Shown piece by piece: positions 31,079-41,273 of a DNA stretch of 64,000 bases (the first letter of the stretch is position 1; every line of letters begins with the position of its first letter). The stretch is from Aureispira anguillae (GTDB lineage: Bacteria; Bacteroidota; Bacteroidia; Chitinophagales; Saprospiraceae), in contig NZ_AP026867.1 of the NCBI RefSeq assembly GCF_026000115.1, positions 2,841,716 to 2,905,715 of the forward strand, written 5' to 3'. The position numbers and the translations under genes are program-made. The notes beneath the pieces are model-generated. The model was given only the letters and a program-made list of their open reading frames with translations. It did not search any database and was not told where the DNA came from.

Positions 31079-31333
31079 CATATATGTAAATCAACAACTA
31101 CATTAAAGGTATGGCTTGTAATTAAGTGTACTATTTTACGCCATTCAAAAAACAGCCTGACGACTTAACAACATTACGTTTTTTTATAAAAAAATAAGTA
31201 TAACAAACAAATTTTTAAATAAAAAAATCAGAAGTTTTATTTCTATACTTTTTATTTTTTTTATCTTTAAGCGTCCCATTCATTAATACAATAATAACAA
31301 TTTAAGATTTTCCATCTCCCCCTAACACTTAAA

Positions 31334-32983
31334 TTGTTTCCCAAATTACAAATACATGTGATCAATATTGATCCAATAAAACAGCCCACAATGAATGATG
31401 ATTTCAATGAGGAGTCTCTCTTTGATAATTTAAAAATCAAGCACCTTGCTAATCTATTTCCAGATGCAATTTTATTGATGAACCTTAATGATGGCTTAAT
31501 TTATTATGCCAATAAAGCTGCTGCAAGCTTAACGGGGTTTGATGTCACCGAATTAAAAGGTAGCTTTATTGCCAAATTATATCCAGAAATTATTTCTTCG
31601 GAAAAATTTTATAAAATAGCTGATAAATCCATTAAAGACCCACTCGTTCTTCTAGAAATTGACCTAGAAAGAAAGGATGGAACCTCTATTCCTACAGAAA
31701 CTAATTTAAGTTATTCCTACGATCAAAAATATATTCTTTTTGTTATTCGGGACAAATCTTTACACAAGCAAAAAACGACTATTTTACAACAAATTCAAAA
31801 TGAGTTAAAACAAAAAAACAAAGCACTAGAAGAGAGCAATTTGGAACACCAACGATTGAATGCAATTATCAATGCTATTGACGAAGGTGCTCAAAAGAAA
31901 ATAGGAGAATCCTATTTTAAAACAATTGTTAAGCTCCTTAATAAAAGTTTGGATGCTGATAGTACTTTTATTGCCGAAGTGAATAAAGATCGGCAGCAGG
32001 CTAAAACCTTATACTGGTTTAACAAAATTGAACAGTTAGAAAATATAGTTTATGATTTGAAGTATACTCCCTGCAATGATTTGTCAAATTATAAGACCTG
32101 CATATACCCTGACAATATACAAGAAGCCTTTCCTCTAGATCTTTTTCTAAAAGAAGAAAACATCGTTGGTTATTTAGGAGTTCCCATTTATCAAGAAGGG
32201 GAGCAGGAGAAATCTCTTATTTTGGTTTCTTTATTCAAAACACCAATACAAAGACCCAGCGAAAAAATAAAGATTCTCAATATTTTTAGCCAAAGAATTA
32301 AAAATGAACTAGTTAGAACTCAGCTAACATTGGATTTAGAAAAGCAAAATGAAAATGTTTCTGAGAAAAAAATGCTCCTAAAAGAAATTCATCACCGAGT
32401 AAAAAACAACTTGCAGGTCATTACTAGCTTATTGAGTTTGCAATCTAGTTTCTTGAAAGATGAGCAGACCAAAGAAATATTTAAGTCTAGCCAATATAGA
32501 ATTAATGCGATGGCAATGGTACATGAAATGCTTTATCAATCCAATGAAATTTCTAAAATAAACTACAAGGATTATTTAGAGAAATTGGTCAATAATCTTG
32601 TTCGAGTAATGCAAAAAGACCACTGCCCTATAGAAGTTATTGTTGATTCGCCTGGTGTGCAACTCAATATAGATACTGCTATTCCTTTAGGCTTATTAAT
32701 TAATGAAGTAGTTACCAACTCTCTAAAATATGGTTTTCAAGGACGTACTTCAGGAAAAATAACACTTACCTTAACCGCCTTAGAAGCTACTAACTTTTGT
32801 TTAACGATAGGTGATAATGGTGTTGGTTTCCCAAGCAATTTTGATTTTGACAATATAAAATCTCTTGGACTAAAATTAATCAAAAGATTGTCTGTACAAT
32901 TAAGAGGAAAGTTAGAACGTGCTTCTAATAAAGTTGGCACGCACTATATTTTACATTTCAAAGAGATTGAGCAAAAATCTTAA
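31334..32983 (+). CDS. PAS-domain sensor histidine kinase of the HisKA_2 type.
   Basis: PAS-like N-terminus; HHRVKNNLQVITSLLSLQS (HisKA_2 H-box); HATPase_c (LGLLINEVVTNSLKYGF .. TIGDNGVGFP .. LGLKLIKRL). The start may instead be the ATG at 31391 (MNDDF..). Confidence 0.75.
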   Translation: MFPKLQIHVINIDPIKQPTMNDDFNEESLFDNLKIKHLANLFPDAILLMNLNDGLIYYANKAAASLTGFDVTELKGSFIAKLYPEIISSEKFYKIADKSIKDPLVLLEIDLERKDGTSIPTETNLSYSYDQKYILFVIRDKSLHKQKTTILQQIQNELKQKNKALEESNLEHQRLNAIINAIDEGAQKKIGESYFKTIVKLLNKSLDADSTFIAEVNKDRQQAKTLYWFNKIEQLENIVYDLKYTPCNDLSNYKTCIYPDNIQEAFPLDLFLKEENIVGYLGVPIYQEGEQEKSLILVSLFKTPIQRPSEKIKILNIFSQRIKNELVRTQLTLDLEKQNENVSEKKMLLKEIHHRVKNNLQVITSLLSLQSSFLKDEQTKEIFKSSQYRINAMAMVHEMLYQSNEISKINYKDYLEKLVNNLVRVMQKDHCPIEVIVDSPGVQLNIDTAIPLGLLINEVVTNSLKYGFQGRTSGKITLTLTALEATNFCLTIGDNGVGFPSNFDFDNIKSLGLKLIKRLSVQLRGKLERASNKVGTHYILHFKEIEQKS

Positions 32984-33259
32984 CCTTGCTTTAAATAATC
33001 AACCTTTGCAAGATCGACAAACAAACACTATTCATTACGAACAACATACACTATTTATTAATTATAATACATAATTGTCATTTTTGCGACCAGAAAAACA
33101 ATTCACCCCCACCCTACTGGCAATCAAACCAATACGATTTTATATAGATCAATACGACAAAAAAGCAATCTATTAATTACGTATACTGATTAATATTAAT
33201 TAAATTGGAGGTAGACGAATCATCTCCCCTATAAAAATGAACACTAACCTAAAGTAAGA

Positions 33260-33628
33260 ATGGAAGGAAAAAAAATTTTTATCGTTGAAGACGATATGAT
33301 CATTCAGATGTTTATTGAACGAATCCTAGGCAACTTAGGATTGGACATCATTGGTGAGGCTCGAACTGGAGATGAGACACTTGCCTTTCTAGAAACCAAT
33401 CGCCCTGATTTTATTTTGATGGATATTGGTCTTGCAGGAAACAAAGATGGCATCGAAACTGCTGAAATTATTAATCAAAAATATCAAATTCCCATTATTT
33501 TTTTAACGGGGAATTCTGATAAACCCACTTTGGCTAGAGCACAAAAAACCCGCCCAATTGGATTTATCAACAAACCCATTGATGAAGCAAGCCTAAAAAG
33601 TGTGATGAAAAAATATTTTAAGGACTAA
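33260..33628 (+). CDS. Stand-alone response-regulator receiver (CheY-like) protein.
   Basis: IFIVEDD .. ILMDIGL (phospho-acceptor Asp) .. IIFLTG .. K. 122 aa with no output domain. Confidence 0.8.
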   Translation: MEGKKIFIVEDDMIIQMFIERILGNLGLDIIGEARTGDETLAFLETNRPDFILMDIGLAGNKDGIETAEIINQKYQIPIIFLTGNSDKPTLARAQKTRPIGFINKPIDEASLKSVMKKYFKD

Positions 33629-33652
33629 ATCGCTCTAAAACAGTGTAAGGAA

Positions 33653-34390
33653 TCAAAAATAAGGGGTTATTGGCTTATTTTTTTTCATTCTTGGTACAAT
33701 AGCTAATCCTACACTTGGAACAAAACGTTGTGTTGAGAAATCATAGTCAACTTTGGGTTCTATTTTCATACTCAAATCATCGTCTATATCAAAACGCATA
33801 AGGTGAGCATCAACAAAAGCATCTATAATTGTTAATCCATAAAAGACCGTCAATCCCAACACAAAAAGCTCTGCTGTTTCCTGAGCATTATCTCTATAAA
33901 TCTTTAATTCATTTGCCGTTGCGGTAGGTGTAGAAGGACATACATAGGTAGTGTTAGGATTGTCATCTACTGCATGTAAATAAGCCCTTTTAAAACAACC
34001 ATAGTCGATATAATTACTCACTGTAAAATACCCTAAAGCCCCCAAGCCGCCATATACAATAGGCAATTTCCAGAAACGACGGTTATAAATTTGACCTAGT
34101 CCTGGAACTAAAGCTAAAAGAGTCGCTGCTTTGGCATTGTGTTTTTTAGGGAGCGTACTAAGGAATTTTTCTCTGCGAGCTGCTTTTTTAGCCCTTCTTT
34201 TTCTTGCCAAATTTTCTCGTAAAAACTCGGCATCTTCAATGGTGCCTCCCAAGCTTTCTTTGACGGTTGAATCTTTTTGTGCATAAGCTGAATTGTTTTT
34301 GATAACAAATAATAAAAACACCAATCCAAATATTCTTGTAAACACAAGGACTTTTGAATCGACAAATTTTGATTGGTTGAGGCTAAGCAT
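33653..34390 (-). CDS. Hypothetical membrane protein (signal peptide plus a C-terminal TM region).
   Basis: MLSLNQSKFVDSKVLVFTRIFGLVFLLFVIKNNSAYAQ. The overlapping 101-aa ORF in another frame was rejected. Confidence 0.4.
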   Translation of the reverse strand: MLSLNQSKFVDSKVLVFTRIFGLVFLLFVIKNNSAYAQKDSTVKESLGGTIEDAEFLRENLARKRRAKKAARREKFLSTLPKKHNAKAATLLALVPGLGQIYNRRFWKLPIVYGGLGALGYFTVSNYIDYGCFKRAYLHAVDDNPNTTYVCPSTPTATANELKIYRDNAQETAELFVLGLTVFYGLTIIDAFVDAHLMRFDIDDDLSMKIEPKVDYDFSTQRFVPSVGLAIVPRMKKNKPITPYF

Positions 34391-34542
34391 TTATTCTCTC
34401 TTTTTTTTAAAATTAGCACTCAACAAAGAAACGGAAAAGTATTCAATTGCTGTTAAAGATTAACATTCTTTAATACAAAAAGCATCGTTCTACTTTTCCT
34501 GTGTTTTTACAACACAACTCCACAAAAAAAAGTTCGCCTTAT

Positions 34543-34992
34543 CTAGATTAGTGTCTTAACAACATCTAAGGCCTTGACAATATGTTCTTTTGCTTTAAAA
34601 TCTGCTTGATAATGTTTTATTAGTTTTCCCTTGGCATCAAAGATGTAAGTAACTCGCCCTGATAGCAGCCCAAAAACGCCTTTAGGAACGGCAAATAATT
34701 GGCGCACCTCATCTTTTTCATCGCTCAAAATATCAAACGGAAGTTGGTATTCTGTGGCAAACTTGCGATGTGAAGCGACACTATTGTGACTAATTCCTAT
34801 AATCCGAACATCTAAGCTTTCAAAATCATTAAATCGATTTCTAAAAGAACAAGCTTGTGCTGTACAAATGCGTGTATAATCACTAGGGTAAAAATAAATT
34901 ACGACTGGACTACCAATCCAATCTTGACTAGTTATCAATTCATTATTTTGGTTTCTTAACGAAAACGCTGGTAATTGGTCTCCTATTTCCAT
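34543..34992 (-). CDS. bcp: Bcp-type peroxiredoxin (thiol peroxidase, AhpC/TSA family).
   Basis: VVIYFYPSDYTRICTAQACSFRN carries the peroxidatic Cys in the PxxxTxxC context. 149 aa. Confidence 0.8.
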   Translation of the reverse strand: MEIGDQLPAFSLRNQNNELITSQDWIGSPVVIYFYPSDYTRICTAQACSFRNRFNDFESLDVRIIGISHNSVASHRKFATEYQLPFDILSDEKDEVRQLFAVPKGVFGLLSGRVTYIFDAKGKLIKHYQADFKAKEHIVKALDVVKTLI

Positions 34993-35324
34993 CCCTTTTA
35001 TTTTTTTGACTTAACATTAGCAGTCCGAAAGTTACTTTTTGTTGCTCCTAAAAGCTAACAAATGGGTTGGTTTTTAGTTTATCTTATCCAAGTTATTGAG
35101 CAAAAGATTTCATTGCTTATCTTATACTATCCTCAAACCATCTTTGTTTCGTCAATTTGCTAATGAATCCAATGATTTTTTTTATCATCTTCCAATAAAT
35201 ATCATTATATTGAGGGCATTATTATGAAGTTGTTTGCTAAAAATTAGCAAATGGCTGTATTATATAAAATGCTTTGTATGATCGTCTATTATTCGACAAA
35301 GCTAAAATAAATTAAGAAAGAGAT

Positions 35325-36032
35325 ATGGGAAGAGCGTTTGAATATCGCAAAGCACGCAAAATGAAGCGTTGGGGACAAATGGCAAAAGTATTCACCAAAA
35401 TTGGTCGTGAGATTGCCTTAGCTATCAAACAAGGTGGTCCTGATCCTGATGGAAACCCCAAATTGCGCTTGGCGATCCAAAATGCAAAAGTGGCCAACAT
35501 GCCTAAAAAAAATGTTGAAGCAGCGATCCAAAGAGCGTCATCCAAAGATGCAGAAAACTTAGAGGAAATTGTATACGAAGGCTATGGTCCTCATGGCGTT
35601 CCCTTCATCGTTGAATGCCTAACCAATAATACGACTCGTACTGTTGCCAATGTCCGTTTTTATTTCTCCAAAGAAAAGGGCTCTCTAGGGACAACGGGTT
35701 CGGTTAACTTTATGTTTGATCGCAAGGGAGAATTTATTTTTGAGCTGGGCGAACTAGACATGGACGAATTGGAATTAGAATTAATTGATGGTGGTGCTGA
35801 TGAAATTGAAATTTCAGAAGGTAAAGTATATGTTTATACTGCTTATGAAGATTTTGGTGCCATGCAAGCTGCTTTAGAAAACCTCAAAATTGAAGTGGAA
35901 GAAGCTTCTTTACAACGTTTCCCACAAGTAACCAAGGAGTTATCAGAAGCTGAACGAGAAGACATTGAACGCTTGATTGAGCGTTTTGAAGATGATGAAG
36001 ATGTACAAAAAGTCTTCCATGGAATGGCTTAG
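35325..36032 (+). CDS. yebC: YebC/PmpR-family transcriptional regulator / translation-associated protein.
   Basis: MGRAFEYRKARKMKRWGQMAKVFTKIGREI .. VYEGYGPHGV. Canonical YebC sequence, 235 aa. Confidence 0.9.
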   Translation: MGRAFEYRKARKMKRWGQMAKVFTKIGREIALAIKQGGPDPDGNPKLRLAIQNAKVANMPKKNVEAAIQRASSKDAENLEEIVYEGYGPHGVPFIVECLTNNTTRTVANVRFYFSKEKGSLGTTGSVNFMFDRKGEFIFELGELDMDELELELIDGGADEIEISEGKVYVYTAYEDFGAMQAALENLKIEVEEASLQRFPQVTKELSEAEREDIERLIERFEDDEDVQKVFHGMA

Positions 36033-36132
36033 AATGCTGCTCTTTTCAGCATTAACGATATACGATATAACCTGAACAACTAGTAATTCTTGCTAGTTGT
36101 TCAGATTTACAGATAAGCGCATCATTATTAAT

Positions 36133-36903
36133 ATGCTCAAAGAATTACTAGAAGAAAAGGTTCAAGAATTTAATCAGACATCATTTATCTCAAATGATCC
36201 CATTAGTTTGCCGCATCAATTTACTCAACTTCAAGACATAGAAATCATTGGCTTTTGGGTCGCTATGTTGGCTTGGGGCAGACGAACTATGATTATTAAT
36301 AGTGGTAAAAAATTGATTGAGTTAATGGATGGGGCTCCTCATGATTTTATTGTCAATCATCAAGAAAAAGATAGAGCACGTTTTCTATCCTTCAAGCACC
36401 GAACATTTCAGCCGCTAGATACGCTTTATTTTTTAGAATTTTTGCAAGCTTATTACCAAAAAAACACTTCTTTAGAACTAGCTTTTAGCCAACATATTAA
36501 TGCTGAAGATGAGACCATAGAAAAGGCATTAATTGGCTTCCATGATTTGTTTTTTTCCTTGCCTGATGCCCCTCATCGTACTCGTAAACATATTGCTACA
36601 CCCAAACGAAAGTCAACTTGTAAACGGCTTTGTATGTTTTTAAGATGGATGGTCAGAAAGGACAACAAGGGGGTAGATTTTGGACTTTGGAACCATATTT
36701 CGCCTAGCCAACTACTCATGCCACTCGATGTTCATGTAGATAGAATTGGTCGTCGTTATGGTTTAATTCAACGCAAACAGACGGATTGGAAAACAGTGTT
36801 AGAACTAACCAATAATCTGCGTCAATTTGATCCCTTAGACCCTGTTAAATTTGATTTTGCCTTATTTGGAATTGGTGTCTTAGAAAAAGACAGTTGGGCT
36901 TAA
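36133..36903 (+). CDS. Conserved hypothetical protein (TIGR02757 / DUF2400-like).
   Basis: I attribute the FWVAMLAWGRR .. HDLFF .. motif to this family from memory only. I trimmed the TTG-started track ORF to the ATG at 36133. Confidence 0.45.
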   Translation: MLKELLEEKVQEFNQTSFISNDPISLPHQFTQLQDIEIIGFWVAMLAWGRRTMIINSGKKLIELMDGAPHDFIVNHQEKDRARFLSFKHRTFQPLDTLYFLEFLQAYYQKNTSLELAFSQHINAEDETIEKALIGFHDLFFSLPDAPHRTRKHIATPKRKSTCKRLCMFLRWMVRKDNKGVDFGLWNHISPSQLLMPLDVHVDRIGRRYGLIQRKQTDWKTVLELTNNLRQFDPLDPVKFDFALFGIGVLEKDSWA

Positions 36904-37274
36904 AATTGCCTGTCTATTGCTAAGGTATCTTCTTGCCCATCATAAATAGAATCGGTAACACAAACGATCTCTATATCCCAATCTTTTTCCTTCCAATCAA
37001 TAGTAGAATAATCTACCTGAAAAGGAATACTTAATTGTTGAAAAAAATAGGTTGCTTTTGGAATTCTAACATTCCCCAACATTGGCAGTGCTAAGGCAAT
37101 ATCTTTGGGGCTATTTTTTAAGGCAAGCGAATCTGATTCTGCCGAATAAGCCATTTGTGCATGGATTGCAGAAGTAGAAAACAAGAGGACGATTAAAAAG
37201 GCTAAATGTTTCATTAAGATAGGATATTTGATGCTCAAATAATTTTTAGTACGAACAACCGTAGCCAATAGCAA
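36900..37274 (-). CDS. Hypothetical small secreted protein.
   Basis: Signal peptide MKHLAFLIVLLFSTSAIHAQ. Confidence 0.4.
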   Translation of the reverse strand: MLLATVVRTKNYLSIKYPILMKHLAFLIVLLFSTSAIHAQMAYSAESDSLALKNSPKDIALALPMLGNVRIPKATYFFQQLSIPFQVDYSTIDWKEKDWDIEIVCVTDSIYDGQEDTLAIDRQF

Positions 37275-37385
37275 TATTAATCTACGGAGTATTAGTTACT
37301 AATACCTCTTAATAATAATTTCGTGCCAAAAGACCTCAATAAATGGTGTAAAAGGCAAAATTGCTTTTTACACCACCTGTCGATA

Positions 37386-37964
37386 TTAGCGTTGAAGCAA
37401 AAAATCTCTTAACTTAGTAGTTGCTCGCCCCCTATGACTAATTTTATCTTTCTCGGCAGCGGTCATCTCTGCAAAGCTTTGATCAGACTCTATAGGTAAA
37501 AAAACAGGATCATAACCAAAACCTCCCTCGCCTCTTCTTTCTTTCAGGATATTTCCTTCAACAATTCCCTCAAAAGTATATTCTTTGCCGTCAATGATAA
37601 GTGCAATAACGGTTTTAAATTGAGCGGTTCTATCTTCTTTGCCCGTTAATTCTTTTAATAGCTTATTAATGTTGTCATCTGGATTCTTGGCAGGACCACC
37701 ATAACGAGCGGTATAAACTCCAGGAGCTCCATTTAAAGCCGATACTTGTAGACCTGTATCTTCCGAAAAACAGTTCATTCCATATTTTTGATAAACATAC
37801 CGTGCTTTTTGCAATGCATTTCCCTCTATAGTAGGCTGTGTTTCTGGAATATCCTCTGTACAACCAATATCATCCAAGGACAAGAAGTCATACTGCGCAC
37901 CCATTATTTGTTGAATTTCTCTTACTTTGTTCTGATTTCCAGTTGCAAACACCAACTTGCTCAT
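37386..37964 (-). CDS. rdgB: RdgB/HAM1-family non-canonical purine NTP pyrophosphatase (dITP/XTP).
   Basis: MSKLVFATGNQNKVREI .. FSEDTGL .. GAPGVYTARY .. RGEGGFGYDPVF. Confidence 0.85.
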   Translation of the reverse strand: MSKLVFATGNQNKVREIQQIMGAQYDFLSLDDIGCTEDIPETQPTIEGNALQKARYVYQKYGMNCFSEDTGLQVSALNGAPGVYTARYGGPAKNPDDNINKLLKELTGKEDRTAQFKTVIALIIDGKEYTFEGIVEGNILKERRGEGGFGYDPVFLPIESDQSFAEMTAAEKDKISHRGRATTKLRDFLLQR

Positions 37965-38059
37965 TATATTATAGTCTAATTAATTAAATTGAAAATGATT
38001 TCATTATAGCTCTAGCACTAGCATTACTTTTGCAAATTCTCCTTCCACTAGCGAGCTGC

Positions 38060-38899
38060 TTAATTTTTATTTAAGGCTAATTCTTTTAACTCATTAGAAA
38101 CATCTTCTCCTAGATAACGATCAATTAAGTTGTGAATAAAATATAAAATAGGGATAAATAAAATGGCAACTAATACCTTATAGATGTAATTGGCTGTACC
38201 TATTGAGAAAAGCATTTCCATTGACCAATCTGCTCCCAAAACAAAAGCGATATAAAGCACTAAGTAGCTATCAATTAACTGCGAAACCATTGTTGAGACG
38301 GTAGCTCTTATCCAAATTCTATTATTTCCTGTTTGCTTTTTTACTCCCCTAAACACAATAGCATCTACAATTTGCCCAACCAAAAAAGCTACTAAGGAGC
38401 CAACAATAATCCACATTCCTTGCCCAAATACTCCCCTAAAAGCAGCTTGCATATCAGGAATTCCTTTGTTCGTGTAACCTTCCACCCACCAATCAGCTGG
38501 CGCCAAACCAATGGCTGCAAAAATCATAACAAAAGCATAAGCGATCAAACTTGCGGCCAAAACCGATAAGAAACGAACGCCACTTACTCCAAAATATTCA
38601 TTAATAACATCTGTCATAATAAATACCACTGGCCAAAGTAAAACCCCTGCTGTAAAATTGAGCGGGCCATCTCCTCCCATTGGATCCAAGCCTAAAGGCG
38701 CTATTCCTAAAGAGCCCTCCAAGGAAAAAATCTTTACGCCTATGAATTCTGCAATAAAAGCATTTGCCAAAAAGAAACCACCTAGGATAAAGAACAAGCG
38801 ATTACTCTTGAACTCCGTCACTCGCTTGGTAGAATCATCTAGTGATTCTTCCTTGGGCGCTGTCTGATCTAGTATTTGTTTGTCTTCTTCTATTTTCAT
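38060..38899 (-). CDS. YhhQ/VUT-family (DUF165) putative queuosine-precursor transporter.
   Basis: Polytopic membrane protein with FRGVKKQTGNNRIWIRATVSTMVSQLIDS, a conserved block I associate with the YhhQ family. Confidence 0.6.
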   Translation of the reverse strand: MKIEEDKQILDQTAPKEESLDDSTKRVTEFKSNRLFFILGGFFLANAFIAEFIGVKIFSLEGSLGIAPLGLDPMGGDGPLNFTAGVLLWPVVFIMTDVINEYFGVSGVRFLSVLAASLIAYAFVMIFAAIGLAPADWWVEGYTNKGIPDMQAAFRGVFGQGMWIIVGSLVAFLVGQIVDAIVFRGVKKQTGNNRIWIRATVSTMVSQLIDSYLVLYIAFVLGADWSMEMLFSIGTANYIYKVLVAILFIPILYFIHNLIDRYLGEDVSNELKELALNKN

Positions 38900-39431
38900 T
38901 TACATTCTGTCTTTAGCACTTCTCTTTTAAGGCAACATAATATTAGAGGGTTCAAAAATTTGAGGAGAAATAATAGTTATTATAAGGACAAACTACTTTT
39001 AGTATTGGTTCATTGACAAATTGTGTGCTACTAATATAGGCTAAGGTGAAATTATTCGATTCGGGGATATTAATACCTAGACCACGTTGTTGTTAGATCC
39101 AATCCCCAAACGGCATAATTAAGACCGTTAATTAAAATTTCCACACGATTTGTCAAAGAACGTTATTTTTTAATTAAAACATTAAATACACTTTGTAAAA
39201 ACTGTTGGAGTGTATTATCTAGCTCCTATAAAAAAGGAGTTTAGGTATAATTTGAGGGAATATTTATTCACAGCAATTGTTTGATTTCTTATCACTTTAA
39301 TATTAAAAAAATACAGATAAAACCAACCTTTTCATGCGAACTAATGTCAATTTAACCAAAAAAAATATCATTTTAGCATTAAAGTATAAACTTTGTTTGA
39401 TTCATTAAAAAAAAAATCAAAATAACAACCT

Positions 39432-40199
39432 ATGATTAAGCTAGGAATTACGGGAGGATTATGTTCTCCTGACCCTAATCGAAATGTTTTTTCAACAAAA
39501 CAGTTGTGTTATATAGAATCTGATTTTGCCAATTATTGGGCTTCTTTTGGGGTGATGCCAATACTTATTCCCAACCTTTCAATAGAAACGTTGCCTTCTT
39601 TTTTAGCTCAACTCGACGGACTTGTCTTGATGGGAGGAACCGATATTGCGCCGTCTCAATACAATGAGGCTCCAATTGGGAAATGGCAAGGTGACGCACT
39701 ACGGGACAACTATGAGTTAACGATTCTTGATTGGTGTTTCAAACAGGATTATCCTATTCTTGGGATTTGTAGAGGTTTTCAACTTTTAAATGTTTATTTT
39801 GGAGGAACATTATATCAAGACCTTGAAACTCAACAACCAAGCAAGGTTAAACATAGAGATCCCTTAACTTATGATCTAAACCTCCATCCGATCAACTTAA
39901 TTCAAGGAGAACTCTTAGATCAACTAAAAATGAACCGTTTATCAACAACCGTAAATTCCATTCACCACCAAGGAATCAAAAAATTAGCTCCTAATCTGAC
40001 AGCTATTGCTGCTGCCGAAGATGGTTTAATAGAAGCATTTTATCACCATCAGAAACCCAAAGGCAAAATTATCGGTTTTCAATGGCATCCTGAGTTTTTT
40101 GTCCACGCTCAAGAAACACTGCTAAATGATCGCCCAGTTATAGAGCATTTTTTATCCTTCTGTTCTTCTAAATACCTAAACCCTAGTTTTGTCAAATAA
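39432..40199 (+). CDS. Class-I glutamine amidotransferase-like hydrolase (peptidase C26; gamma-glutamyl-GABA hydrolase family).
   Basis: Catalytic triad context ILGICRGFQLLNV (Cys) .. HHQGI (His). Confidence 0.7.
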   Translation: MIKLGITGGLCSPDPNRNVFSTKQLCYIESDFANYWASFGVMPILIPNLSIETLPSFLAQLDGLVLMGGTDIAPSQYNEAPIGKWQGDALRDNYELTILDWCFKQDYPILGICRGFQLLNVYFGGTLYQDLETQQPSKVKHRDPLTYDLNLHPINLIQGELLDQLKMNRLSTTVNSIHHQGIKKLAPNLTAIAAAEDGLIEAFYHHQKPKGKIIGFQWHPEFFVHAQETLLNDRPVIEHFLSFCSSKYLNPSFVK

Positions 40200-40528
40200 T
40201 CGACATTGCTCTAATATGGGGCGTTTTTTATCTAAAAAAAACCTATCCCATAGCTACTATCGTTAATATCTATTTAATTTTAGATTCACTTTTCCTAATA
40301 CTCAAAATTCTTTATTATTTTTGATCTTTTAAAATAATCATTACTCTGTGGGGTTACGTAGTAAACACGGACGATTCTTATCTCCTAAAGGAGTAAGTAG
40401 CAAGGTAGCTAAATTTATTGCCAACTTGAGCCCCCATCCTACTAACTTCAATCGTGTAAGTTATATAGATGGTGTACCGTATAGCCTTATAATAAAACGA
40501 TATAATTTTATCTTATAAACATCAAAGT

Positions 40529-41206
40529 TTGAAAAAATCACATTATACCTTAATTCTTGCGCTTTCTGTTTTAATCTTAGATCAAGCCCTCAAAATCTGG
40601 GTTAAACTCAACATGCCCTTGGGCGATTACTTTGAAGTTTTGGGGTTAAGTTGGTTCCACATCCACTTTATAGAAAATCCAGGTATGGCATTTGGCATTG
40701 AATGGGGAGGCGAATATGGGAAATTAGCACTAAGCCTATTTCGTATTGTTGCCATTTCCTTTATTGCATATATGCTTTATAAATTAGTCAAACAAAATGC
40801 CTCTTTTGTTGTTCTCACTAGTATTACCCTGATTTTTGCAGGAGCAGTGGGCAATATCTTAGATTCTGTTTTTTATGGGATTTGTTTCTCTCAAAGCACT
40901 GCTATCGAAGTGGCTACCTTTATGCCCGAAGCAGGCGGTTATACTAGTTTTTTGCACGGCAAAGTAGTCGATATGTTCTATTTTCCTTTAATTGATTCCA
41001 CTTTTCCTAGTTGGTTCCCTATTTGGGGAGGCAGACCACTGCGTTTCTTTGAATTTATTTTTAATATTGCAGATGCTTCTGTATTTATTGGTACAGCAAT
41101 TATTTTTGTATTCTACAAAGATTTCTTTAAAAAAGAAGAAGAACTCATCAACTCAGAGGCATCTAACGACCCCTTAGCAAAAGAAAACTATTCGGTCAGC
41201 GACTAA
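40529..41206 (+). CDS. lspA: Lipoprotein signal peptidase (signal peptidase II).
   Basis: DQ.LKIWV ... NPGMAFGI ... VVDMFYFPL .. NIAD motifs of peptidase A8. Four TM segments. Confidence 0.75.
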   Translation: MKKSHYTLILALSVLILDQALKIWVKLNMPLGDYFEVLGLSWFHIHFIENPGMAFGIEWGGEYGKLALSLFRIVAISFIAYMLYKLVKQNASFVVLTSITLIFAGAVGNILDSVFYGICFSQSTAIEVATFMPEAGGYTSFLHGKVVDMFYFPLIDSTFPSWFPIWGGRPLRFFEFIFNIADASVFIGTAIIFVFYKDFFKKEEELINSEASNDPLAKENYSVSD

Positions 41207-41273
41207 TTTTTTAGTTTTTATTTCTATCCAATATATTTTGTTCTTTTTTTAAACTCATAAAGCACAGCAGCAA

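Noticed and set aside
34114-34419. 101-aa ORF overlapping the 5' end of the 33653-34390 membrane-protein gene
   Set aside because: It is in a different frame, has no signal or domain features, and is fully overlapped by a longer ORF that has a plausible signal peptide.
38960-39000. preQ1-I-like sequence agagggttcaaaaatttgaggag upstream of the YhhQ transporter gene
   Set aside because: P1 helix pairing and the A-rich tail cannot be formed on the strand that would make it the 5' UTR of the transporter. Left as a finding to test by covariance model, not called as a feature.
40350-40460. tRNA-like or ncRNA-like GGGG...CCCCC-bounded segment upstream of lspA
   Set aside because: No D-loop or T-loop (GTTCRANYC) consensus and no acceptor-stem complementarity. 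I found no tRNA anywhere in the window.
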